Shown piece by piece: positions 22,484-32,536 of a DNA stretch of 64,000 nucleotides. The position numbers and the translations under genes were made by a program. The DNA lies in assembly GCA_019828565.1 (NCBI GenBank), contig JAHDYR010000032.1, forward strand, positions 1 through 64,000. The letters run 5' to 3'. Positions within the stretch are counted from its first letter, which is position 1. The number at the start of each line of letters is the position of its first letter. This DNA is from Carpediemonas membranifera BICM. Lineage: Eukaryota > Protista > Fornicata. Below the pieces are notes generated by a model. The model was given only the letters and a program-made list of their open reading frames with translations, did no database searches and had not been told where the DNA came from.

Positions 22484-22869
22484 TACTATTACTTACCTAT
22501 TATGGTGCTGTCATGAACATGCCATGCCTCTCGAGGGTTGGCCTGAGACTCACTCCCGACTTCCCGTCAGACACAGTCCCGGTAGTCGAAATGCTTGCCA
22601 CACTCTATACACAGTACAACCAGAATATTTACGCTAGAAATCATTCCATCGCATCCATAAATGCAGGTCGAACTCGACCTCGCCATTCTCGACCTCAATG
22701 ATCGGTCGGGCATTGAAGATGTCTGCAGTTGAGACGATTGGACTTGGATACTGGGACGTTATGGTGCCGCATGAGGCTGTTTTGCTGGAAAACTGGCGTG
22801 TTCGTAAAAAGCTGGCAAACGTAGCGTTTGTCCATGGACGGGTCTCGTGCAGGACAATCGGAGTTTATT

Positions 22870-23510
22870 ATGAGCGCTTCTTCTGATGGACAGCAAGGTA
22901 CATCTGCAAAGAACTTCGGAGTGCACACTCTCAATCGTTTAATGGAATCCGACCAAAAGTGCCGTGTCACCGGCCAGAAGAACCGACCAGACGTTTCAGT
23001 CCTGGGTATGCACTAATTATTCGCTTTTACACAGCTCTTGGCCTCGATCTGAACACTCTCGACCTTCGTTTGACAGGGATGGATCCTCTCTACCCGCAGC
23101 TCGGGACCGTGTGGGCGAAAACACCACCGGACGTCAACCGCATCAACAACGACGTGTACACGCCCGCATGCTACGATATTAGGCCCCCACACGATCTGTA
23201 CAAACACGTCCACCGACTCGAGGAGCCTTCTCTTTTTTACGCATTTTACGGCATGCCCGGCGATGAGATGCAGCTAGCAGCTGCCGGTGAGCTCTACCGT
23301 CGCGGGTGGCGGTACCACATGGACAGCATGGTCTGGTTCCTTCCTGACGCAGCACAGCCGCCCATGGTCCACGAGAGGTACCAGCAGGGCAAGTTCCATT
23401 ACTGGGACAAGGCAAAATGGTGCCGCGGCGTGCGCGATAGTATGACGCTCATCAGCGACCAGCTTGAGGGCGAGCCCGAACTTCCCGATTTTATGAAGAG
23501 GGCTGAGTGA
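22870..23510 (+). CDS. NOT2: CCR4-NOT subunit NOT2 (NOT2/3/5 box), intron 23006-23034
   Basis: ALGLDLNTL..LYP, LFYAFYGMPGDEMQLAAAGELYRRGWRYH. The 29-nt GTATG..CTAAT..CAG intron restores the frame. Confidence 0.9.
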
Positions 23511-23804
23511 GTGTGCTGCCGCATGTTAAATATTTCCCGCCATAATAAGCTTGACTGGCCGATTCTTCAGCTGCGTGATTAACTGGCAATAGCTGGCTGG
23601 GTTCGCGGTACGTTCGTCCGACTTCTAGAACCGCGAGGTCGGCGTCAGACCGTCAGGCAGCAGGCGCCATCGCAGCGACCCAGGGAGTTGGCTTGGTACG
23701 CTTAGGGAACAACTCATGAGCTGTACGTGAGGACGCACTCAGCCCTACCATCGTCCGACGCTGAGTCGCCATTTGAAAGTCGCTCGCAGCGACAAGATCA
23801 CAGA

Positions 23805-24845
23805 ATGAATGAATTCGACCATTCAAGGCCGAGAAAGACTGGAAATGTGATGCTGTACATCATATTATTCCATTTCTTCAGTCTTTGTCTCCTGAGCATT
23901 TCTCTATTTGTCAGTGTTGTCGGTTTTACCCCCGAACTTGGACGTATAGGCGATGAGCATCACTATGCGCACAATGACGGCTCTTCTGAAGAGGAAATCG
24001 TTCACATGCACCACCCACCCGTTGTTCCTGGCACACTTCTCGTCATCCTTGCATCCCACACTGTGCCCATCGCGCTCCTCCTCGCCAAGGCAAGAAGCAC
24101 ATCCTTTATAGAGGAGTCATACTCCACTTCTAAGGACCCCGACGCCTATGTTCCCCTGCAGGACCCGGTTGCTCGGCGGGCTAGGGCCCACACCGTCGGC
24201 CTGTTCTCATCGTGTGTCGTCGTTGCGTTCTTGTGTTTCTGGGTCGCCGAGAGCGTGCTTGAGTTCGCACTAGAGGTTTACACAACGAAGCAGACCTTCT
24301 GTCTCGTCGGCACGCCCTTCCATGCCGCAGCCGTCGTGTGCGGCCTGGCCTCTATCCTGGTCACCGTATGTTATTCTCTCAGTCACAAGGCCATTGCCTC
24401 AGCCGTTGTGCTGCCGTATACTCTGCCACTCGCCCTTGCTGACATGGTAGCAGCCGCGCTTGTCGTCGTCGGCTTCTTCTCCACTGTGCCAGCCTCTCTG
24501 GCCGCCATGCCCGGCATACTCGCCCTGTCCCAGTCAGCCTTCTGCATGCCGGCCCTCGCTGCAGTATTCATTGCCCTCACGATCCGGGCTAAATCACTTG
24601 GCGCCATCCTCCTGCAGGGTGACTGCGAGGAAGCCCCCTCCCTGGTCCCAGGTCTTATGGCCCTCGCCGATGACGGCATCACAGTGGACTCGTGCCATGT
24701 CTGGTGGCCAGGACCGGGCGTGAGGCTGGCCGGGGTGAGGGTCCGCGCAGACCGGGCTGATGATGGGGCGAGGGTCGCTGTCAGGAGGGTGCTTGAAGAC
24801 GCTGGCATGCACGACTGCACGGTGGAGGTCGTATACGCCGGGTAG
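23805..24845 (+). CDS. Divergent cation diffusion facilitator (ZnT-like) transporter
   Basis: TM helices, His-rich loop, C-terminal CHVWW..GVRV..GMHDCTVEV resembling the CDF cytosolic domain. Confidence 0.65.
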   Translation: MNEFDHSRPRKTGNVMLYIILFHFFSLCLLSISLFVSVVGFTPELGRIGDEHHYAHNDGSSEEEIVHMHHPPVVPGTLLVILASHTVPIALLLAKARSTSFIEESYSTSKDPDAYVPLQDPVARRARAHTVGLFSSCVVVAFLCFWVAESVLEFALEVYTTKQTFCLVGTPFHAAAVVCGLASILVTVCYSLSHKAIASAVVLPYTLPLALADMVAAALVVVGFFSTVPASLAAMPGILALSQSAFCMPALAAVFIALTIRAKSLGAILLQGDCEEAPSLVPGLMALADDGITVDSCHVWWPGPGVRLAGVRVRADRADDGARVAVRRVLEDAGMHDCTVEVVYAG

Positions 24846-25320
24846 TACTGGAGTCCGGTCTATTAGTCTGGATGCTAGTCATTTATAATGATTAAGTCGG
24901 TGCAGTCGACATGCCCGTATGGTAAATGCCACTTCATCGTCAGCGACGAATGTCTCACTAAAAGTGGCATTAGCTACGTCAGCGCTCGCCGCGTTGATCT
25001 GTTGGGATGCAGACGCTGCGGGGACCATGAGATAGACCCCCATAGAGCTCCACTCAGCTGCCCAAAGACAATTGCAGGCGCTTCGTCCTCGCCGTCATAA
25101 GCGTCACCGGTGTCATGAAGAGCTCAGCACTCGCAACGTCACTCGAAGTCAACCCGGCATCTCGCCCCACGTCACACTGACATGCCGGAACTCGAAGGTC
25201 GTCCACGGTTTGGAAAACCAGCAGATGTATGATGACATAAGCGCCTGTCGAACTGTGTTGGCGAGTCAATGCATTCAGCTATTTAGTGATCCTTAAATAT
25301 TGTTTGACAGACAAGCACGA

Positions 25321-27604
25321 ATGACTGAAGTTACGAAAGACACTGAATTGGAGCCGATTTTCACTAGTTTGTGGCACATCTAGGTATTACACAGCAATTG
25401 ATCGGCTTTTGGAAGAGAATAACCTGCAGGACATTGTCAAGAGTATTGATCAGGCCAATCTCCCCAATGTAACGCTGTACATCGAGCAAGTTGTCGATAA
25501 CTCTCCTCTTGACCAGCGTGTTGCTCTTCTCAACACCCTTCGCGGCATCCAGCTCCACTTTGGTGGTGAGATCGAGGGCTTTCTCACCGCACTGAGAGTG
25601 TTCCATCTCACCAACGACCCCACGCTCGTCCAAGACAGCTTCAACCGTGTCCAGGACAACCACGACATGCTTCACCAGATGTGCTTCATCCTTGCCGCCA
25701 ACGGGCAGGTTTCCCTTGCCCCCTCGGACCTTGACAACGTCTCAAAGTCAATACTCGGCAATAGACTCCTTTCCCGGACGTTCAACCTGCTTGCTGATAG
25801 ACTTGACCTCAACGAGCCCAAGACCCTCGAGGCCATCTTCCGTTCCCACGATGCAGACGGCACGAGGGTCCGCCCCTCACTGCTTGGTACAGACACCGTT
25901 TCGATGCTCGACTCCCTCGTCAACGCTGTTGTGAACGCTGGATTCGGCACTGACGGCCTCTTCACCTCGGTCGAGAAGCGCAGCCCTGATCCCGCAGCTC
26001 ATGTCGCGGGCATCAACAGACTTGTCATGACTGCATCGCTCGGCTTCATCCACATGTGGTCTTTCGACGAGGGACCCAACAAGATCGCGCCCTATCTCCT
26101 ATGCGAGGACAACGACGTTGTTGCCGGCGCCTGTCTTGCACTCGGTACCGTCTTTGCGGGTGTCCAGTCCGATTACGACGTTCCTCTGCACATGTTGACG
26201 CCACACCTCTCCAGCAGCGAGGAACGCATCAGAGTCTGCGCCGCTCTCGGCATCGGCATAGCGTACGCTGGCACGGATCGCGGGGATGTCGTCGAGACAC
26301 TTCTTAGCGCCGATATTCAAGGCGACTACCGCTTTGGCGCCCATATCGCCCTTGCTGTGGGCCTCATCGCCATCCGCACCGGCAATGCAGCGTACGCCAA
26401 CATCGTCATCGCACTAACAGCCGAGGTCCCGGCCGAGACGATCGAGGCGTCCCAGTACACCAAGCTGTACGCCCTCTCCCTCGCTCTGATGTTCTTTGGC
26501 CAGAAGGACGCCGAGAGCACCGTTGCAGACGACCTACTCACAGCCTGGCCGGACAAGCCCAGAGCCATGGCCGCGGCCCTTGTCCGCGCCACGGCCATTG
26601 CCGGCCACTCTGACGTCCTCGCCCACCAGGATGCAGCCCACAGCCTCGCCGCCCTTCTTTCCGAAGATCGTACAGTCGAGTCTGACTTTATCAAGAAGAA
26701 GAGCGAAGACGACGCCAACCCCGGTCTGTCAGACAAGCCCACCTCACTTGCAGCCATGTTTGCTGCCCGGGACCAGCCGAAGAGCGCGCCAGTTCCGACC
26801 GACGAAGCGTCGCCGCTTCCCCCGACCCTGATGGCCCTCTCCCTTGGCCACCTCGGCGACGACCTCACCCAGCCCCTGCTCGGCCGTCTCTTCGACCGCA
26901 TCCACCACTACGGAACCACCGCATCCCAGCGAGTACTGCCTCTGGCGGCCTCCATGGGCTCTCTCGGCGTCCCTGACCAGGCTCTCGCCGCGGGACTCCA
27001 CCGCATGGCCCACAACTCGGATGAAGCGGCGTCGTTCAATGCGATCGTAAGCCTGGGATTGCTGGGTGCCGGTACCGGCGACGCGCACATTGCCCAGACG
27101 CTGAAGACGCTGAGGAAGTACTACAAGAGCTCTTCAGTGCACCAGGGCGCTGTCAGGCTCGCCCACGGCCTCCTCCATGCCGGCAAGGGTCTGATTGGCG
27201 TCCATACCGTTCACATGGACAAGAAACTTCTTCGCCCCACCGCCATTGCCGGTATTCTCACGACAGCACTGGCGATGTGCTCCCACGAGAGCTTCCTCAA
27301 GGAGGATATGATCCTCTTCTTCCCCCTCGCCCTTGCTATGACGCCCAGGTGCGTCTCGACGGTGGATGCGGCGCTCAACCCCATCGGCGCTTCTGTGAAG
27401 GTAGGTCAGAAGATCGATATTGTCGGTCTCGCCGGAAAGCCTCGCAAGATCGCTGGCTTCCAGTCGCATGTGTCTCCGGTTGTCTGCGGGCTTGATAACG
27501 TGGCCGAGGTCGTTGAGGGCGAGTTTGAGCCACTGACTTCGTTGCACGAGGGTGTCCTCATTTGCAAGGTCCACAAGGATGTCGAGCATGACGATGTCGA
27601 TTAG
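25321..27604 (+). CDS. RPN1: 26S proteasome regulatory subunit RPN1/PSMD2, intron 25367-25394
   Basis: PC repeats (ALGIGIAYAGT) and the C-terminal VKVGQKIDIVGLAGKPRKIAGFQSH signature. The 28-nt intron restores the frame. Confidence 0.92.
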
Positions 27605-27896
27605 TGTTATAAATACTGGCAGATATGGCCATTTGTCTCGGTGATCTAGAAGTACCCATGACAGGATGGGCGGCGCGCCTCGCCTTCGGTGCCAGGGCAA
27701 CCAACCCCAACGACGGCCATGATTGGCCTCGGATTGGGCCAAGCCATAGTTCTGGATTAGACAAAGATATGTCTGCAACAGTCCCCTGGCGTGCAGTAGC
27801 ACTGTGCAAAAGCGTCGTTTATGTTGACAAGGGGGCACATGTATACCGTAAAACGAGCGGCCAAAAATTCCATTGAACACACAAGCAGACCAGGCA

Positions 27897-28442
27897 ATGG
27901 CCGAATACAACAGACACAGGGACGATGGCAAGACCGTTCGTATTGGGAACTGGGTTGCCGAGCTTCAGCTCCAGGAGTCCATGAATGGCGTGCCCAAGAA
28001 CTTGAACTGTCCCACGGCCTACCTATCGGCGTTCGACAACCAGGAGGCCGTGTACGAGTCCACAACACGGTCGATGCATGCGAATCCCAGTGACAGGAAC
28101 ACTGGCAGATCAGTCCACGTTGTTAACAAGAAGACGGTGCCCTTCGAGCCAGTCTTGCCCAAGCCCAAGAACGGCCACGCATCGTCAATCGTCTTCGACG
28201 ACGGCGAGGATAAGTTCATGAGCACGAAGCAGATGGAGGAAGCCGCGATCAGGGAGCTCACACCGGCCCCAGAGAACGACACCAACGACAATGTCGACCT
28301 GGACGAGCCGATCTCCTTCTACACGGAGAAGCAGCACCACATCTTCCACAGCAAGGTCGGGGGCAAGGCCCGGTTCGCCAAGTGCACCGACTTCAGCGCG
28401 CCGACCGAGCTTTACGGCAAGGGCGCCGTCCACATCGAGTGA
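27897..28442 (+). CDS. SPAG8/FAP143-like ciliary microtubule inner protein
   Basis: VRIGNWVAE motif and C-terminal PISFY...FAKCTDFSAP resembling the SPAG8 C-terminus. Confidence 0.55.
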   Translation: MAEYNRHRDDGKTVRIGNWVAELQLQESMNGVPKNLNCPTAYLSAFDNQEAVYESTTRSMHANPSDRNTGRSVHVVNKKTVPFEPVLPKPKNGHASSIVFDDGEDKFMSTKQMEEAAIRELTPAPENDTNDNVDLDEPISFYTEKQHHIFHSKVGGKARFAKCTDFSAPTELYGKGAVHIE

Positions 28443-28602
28443 GGGGCCACGAGTAGGCGTTGTAAATACGGATCACGAGGACGAATACTGGCGGAGGTCT
28501 GCTGGTGACCGGTGATTGATCCGGACGGGATTTACGTGAGGGTATATAAATCGTGTTTATGCGATTGCCACTTGGTGCCTCGGCGAGACTGTAACACGGA
28601 GG

Positions 28603-29460
28603 ATGGTTCAGCTACCAGCCCGTTTCAGCTATCACGTGAGCTTAAAAGACATTGGAACATCTAGCATCGTTCCTCTGCCCATTTTCCTCGCCTTTCGCAC
28701 GATTTCTGTCGTTCTTGTTCTTTTCACCGTTGCCCTGGGAATATACACCCGTCGTGCTGAGTTTTTTGTCCAGTTTACCAACCAAATGATGCTAGTATCA
28801 CTAGCCTACATGATTTCGGCCTGGATTGTTACGTACCGCTACATCCGCTGCCTGCTGTACGGTGACGTTGCTCAGGACGTCGCGTTCTTCGAGGAGCCGC
28901 GGCCCTCCCGCCTTGCCAAGACCACGTGGATCCTATTCCAGGTGGCGTTTTCTACGGAGGTCATTGTCACGTCTGTGTTCTGGCTGCTGCTGCTGGACGA
29001 GTTCAACACGGAGCACGGCCTGCTCGACTGGATATACGGTGTCTGCAGCCACGGGGCAGTGCTCGGCATCCTTGTCATCGAGCTCCTGACGACCAAGATT
29101 CGGTTTGTCCGGCTGCACCACTCGTACGTGACTGCGACCCTCACACTCTACGTCACGATCGCCAGCGTCGCATTTTACCGATTCAACCACATGATCTACT
29201 TCTTCTGCGACCTAGCAGTGCCCATCCACCGCGTGATCGTGATGATGATCTTCCTCATGGGTGCCGTGTGCTTCGAGCTCGGCCGCCTGCTCTGTCTGCT
29301 GAGAGACTTCATACTCCAGCTGCTCGGCATCAACATCGTCGTCCCAGTCATCCGGAAGCACAAGAAGCTCGAGCGGCTCCCCATCGAGGAGATGAAACCC
29401 CGTATCGTCCGCGAACGCCGCATGCCCGACGGCCGAGTGAGGGCACACAGCTTCCACTGA
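28603..29460 (+). CDS. Rolling stone-like / FAR-17a-AIG1-like membrane protein
   Basis: About 6 TM segments with FTNQ, VFWLLL, conserved His and IY.F motifs. Confidence 0.65.
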   Translation: MVQLPARFSYHVSLKDIGTSSIVPLPIFLAFRTISVVLVLFTVALGIYTRRAEFFVQFTNQMMLVSLAYMISAWIVTYRYIRCLLYGDVAQDVAFFEEPRPSRLAKTTWILFQVAFSTEVIVTSVFWLLLLDEFNTEHGLLDWIYGVCSHGAVLGILVIELLTTKIRFVRLHHSYVTATLTLYVTIASVAFYRFNHMIYFFCDLAVPIHRVIVMMIFLMGAVCFELGRLLCLLRDFILQLLGINIVVPVIRKHKKLERLPIEEMKPRIVRERRMPDGRVRAHSFH

Positions 29461-30262
29461 AAGCCATAGTTTGCGGCCATCGGACATAGCATGGATTAAA
29501 CCCCAGTATTCCCCTGGTTCTTGGACTCGTCGAAGCGGCTGATAGCTTTGGTCAGCTCTGAAATCATAATCAGACGAGAGCTGTGATGGCCGGCTTGGCG
29601 GTCACCTGATGCCATGACCCGACTTACAGATATCTGGCGAGATCTACCGAATCTATTTCTGCACTTCGAAGTGAACCAAGGGTACTCTGTGCTTTACTGT
29701 CTTGACCCGGAACTTCTACTATCCACGGAGACCAGGACCCACGTAGACCAAATGAGTAAATCAATTTGCCTGAGGCAGTGCTTCTCGGCCGTTGACTACT
29801 AAGCACCCCACCCAACCCGCTACTTACCCTTTACATGAGTTGGCTCATAAACGGAACAATCAACAAGGATCTCACACTGTTGAAATAGATGATGGGCATC
29901 GGAGAACGTGCCCTCTGTGCAAACGAGGGCACGAGGGATATTTTGAGATGAACGCGATCAGACACCTGACCCTTGCAGTCAGTCGACCGAATCACAATGG
30001 ACGACATCCGCTTGATCCTAGCAGACAGCCTGGCGCACTCCCTGGCTGAGGGAGTCACCAGTGCCACCACACGAGTCGGCCATCTGTCGATCGACCGCCT
30101 CCGACAGGCCGCCATAGTCTCTGCTGCCCGCGGGGCCCCCATCGTGACCGCGACCGAGTCCGTGCCCTGGCCGCCTTAGTCCACCCCATCCCATCCCATG
30201 TACATACATTTACCCTTATGTAACCGTGTATAAATGAGTCTTAATCAACCACTCTCAGAAGG

Positions 30263-31123
30263 ATGGCGGCGACTCTTGTCTCATCCTCTCTGATCAGGAA
30301 GCCTAAGGCGATTAGCTTACTACATACACCACCATTATCAGCCCTACGGCCAGAAGCATCTATCGCGACACTTCCAAACCCACCAACGGCAACACTTCTG
30401 CTTGGATGGCTTGGAAGCAACAATAGAAAGCTCAGACGGTACTCAGAAGCATACGCTGGTATGGGAATTCCATCTATTGGCTTTGTGCCGCCTATGTGGT
30501 ACTGGACGAAGCCCGACCTTCGTCAGAAGTCCATGCTCACGCTCATGGACCGACTTGAGGCCGCCCTGGAGGCCCAGTCCTTCGCCAACAGCACGCCTAG
30601 ACTGGTTGTGCACGCGTTCAGCAACAACGGCGCCCTTGCGCTGTCCGAGCTCTTTGCAGGGCTCGGTACCAGCCGCTATCCTCTCATCGCCAGGGACCTC
30701 CGCGTCATACTCGACTCCGCCCCAGCACCAGTCGACCCGGACGTATTCTCCAGGGCGATGTCGGCGGTGGCGTGCGCCCAGGTGCGGCGGGGCCGGCCAC
30801 CCGTTTACACGTCGCCCGTGACCCACGCCATGCGGCCCCTGTTCCGCCTCATCTCCGCTAGGGTGCATGAGATCGACATCCCAACGCAGCTTCTGACCCG
30901 GTGGCTCGACTGGCCCGCGCTGCTGCTGTACAGTCGGACGGACGCGTGTGTCGGATTCGGTCACGTCGAGCGGTTCGGCCACGCTCTCCAGGGGCGAGGG
31001 AATGCTGTGACTGGCTTCGAGTTCCAGGACTCCTACCATTGCGCCCACATTCTGAAGTTCCCATCGTTGTACCGGGCCATCATCCGCCACTACCTGCTGA
31101 CGACAGGCGCCAGGCTCGGGTAG
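30263..31123 (+). CDS. TMEM53: TMEM53/DUF829 family alpha/beta-hydrolase-fold protein
   Basis: LLGWLGS, VHAFSNNG, ILDSAP, LYSRTD, FQDSYHCAH. Confidence 0.88.
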   Translation: MAATLVSSSLIRKPKAISLLHTPPLSALRPEASIATLPNPPTATLLLGWLGSNNRKLRRYSEAYAGMGIPSIGFVPPMWYWTKPDLRQKSMLTLMDRLEAALEAQSFANSTPRLVVHAFSNNGALALSELFAGLGTSRYPLIARDLRVILDSAPAPVDPDVFSRAMSAVACAQVRRGRPPVYTSPVTHAMRPLFRLISARVHEIDIPTQLLTRWLDWPALLLYSRTDACVGFGHVERFGHALQGRGNAVTGFEFQDSYHCAHILKFPSLYRAIIRHYLLTTGARLG

Positions 31124-31706
31124 CGAGCAGTGTAAACTAAGTAAATGATCGTTACATAAAAGGTACAAGCTGGTGAGCTGTGCACGGTTGTTTTGATCGG
31201 ATCATAAACTTCTCAGGGCGTTTCGACCTGACTGGGAGTTCAAGCCTTGGTCAGGTGGGAGGTTACAGGTTAAGATGGTCACACGGTGAGGTCAGCTGGG
31301 TGCTCGTACAGGTTTGCACCGGAACATTGCCATGTACAAAATTCTCTCACTTTGCTGACATAAAACACGGGAGATGGGAGAGACTCATCCAAGCGGGGCA
31401 CACTCGCGCCGCTCGTCTACTCCCTCCTAAATGTACATAGCCTATGTATACGTGTAATGGTTTTATGTCAGTGGACCCTCATGTCCGCTACCCTTTTGGT
31501 GTATGACAGGTGGGCGCTCAAGCTGGGACTTTTCAACCCGCCGGAGTTCCTTTCAGTGGACCCTGTTGCCTAAGCCAGCGTTTACTGAATCATGATTTAT
31601 CTTCATGTAAACAGCTGGCTCAGGCCGACAGCTCGACTGGGAGGAGCTCCAGTGGGCTGAACAGTCGCAGCTTGACACATTACTGTGAAATAAAATAAGA
31701 AATAAA

Positions 31707-32516
31707 ATGAGTGGAATTGAAAACTCACCACAGCGAGGGCAAGGCGAGACGAATGCCAACGACAGCAGGCCAGTATCCGAAGCAGCACCGCTTCCCGAAG
31801 GATGGGCCCCGTGTGACGATTATTCACCGGACAAGCTTGAGATATTCCTCGCTAGGCGCCGGTACTTCTCCAACCCGCCAGCTGATGCCCTGCGAAACTT
31901 CACCGACAAAGCGCTGATAAGCCTCAGAGCCGCTGGCCTGATGAACGACATCTCTGACCTATTTGAGAATGTCGTTAACAATATCAGTCGCTCGAGAGCT
32001 CTTAGCGTGCAGGACAGGTTCGTGAAGGTACAAAAGATGCGCCCCATCCCCAGAGGCGCTCTCAGTACCGCTAACACAAGGTTCGTCACCGACCTTCTGA
32101 CCGGTGGCGATCCTGCCCTCGACGACCGCCAACGAGGCGACATGATGCTCCTTATGTGCGGGAAGCTCAAGTCTAAGACTGCCGCGAGCAGTCTATCGGC
32201 GCTCGTTCATGCCGAGATGCCCGAGGCTACGCAGTTCATCGACTCCCTACGCTCCGCGCAGGCTAGGGACGAAGAGCTACTCACCGCCGAAAGGCAGACG
32301 AGCAAGCCCCTCCAGGCTGAGATCGAGAGCCTGAAGGCCAAGAACAAGGCGCTTGCGGCCAACCAAGTGGGCCAGCGGCGTCGTACGCGAGGAGGGAGGG
32401 GCGGTCGGAGCCGGCAGGCGAGTGGGAAGGATGTAAAGAGTCGTAAGTACTGTTCCTTTAATAGTCAAAGCGGGACTCAGACTCCCCCACCATCCCCCCG
32501 GGCTTCGAGCAGGTAA
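31707..32516 (+). CDS. ORF1 or N-terminal region of the CRE-like element (coiled coil, basic tail)
   Basis: 269-aa ORF overlapping the next frame (-1) at 32465-32516. Confidence 0.6.
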   Translation: MSGIENSPQRGQGETNANDSRPVSEAAPLPEGWAPCDDYSPDKLEIFLARRRYFSNPPADALRNFTDKALISLRAAGLMNDISDLFENVVNNISRSRALSVQDRFVKVQKMRPIPRGALSTANTRFVTDLLTGGDPALDDRQRGDMMLLMCGKLKSKTAASSLSALVHAEMPEATQFIDSLRSAQARDEELLTAERQTSKPLQAEIESLKAKNKALAANQVGQRRRTRGGRGGRSRQASGKDVKSRKYCSFNSQSGTQTPPPSPRASSR

Positions 32517-32536
32517 CCCTCGCCCGCCTGACTCAG

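Noticed and set aside
29973-30179. Short ORF between the rolling-stone-like gene and TMEM53
   Set aside because: Possibly a last exon, but there is no recognisable domain or reliable start.
20937-31123. Alternative genetic code (TAA/TAG read as Gln)
   Set aside because: Conserved genes end at TAG at expected positions, and long ORFs lack in-frame TAR codons.
31150-31517. HDV-like ribozyme or TSD at the CRE 5' end
   Set aside because: I could not assemble the double pseudoknot or find a duplicated target by eye.
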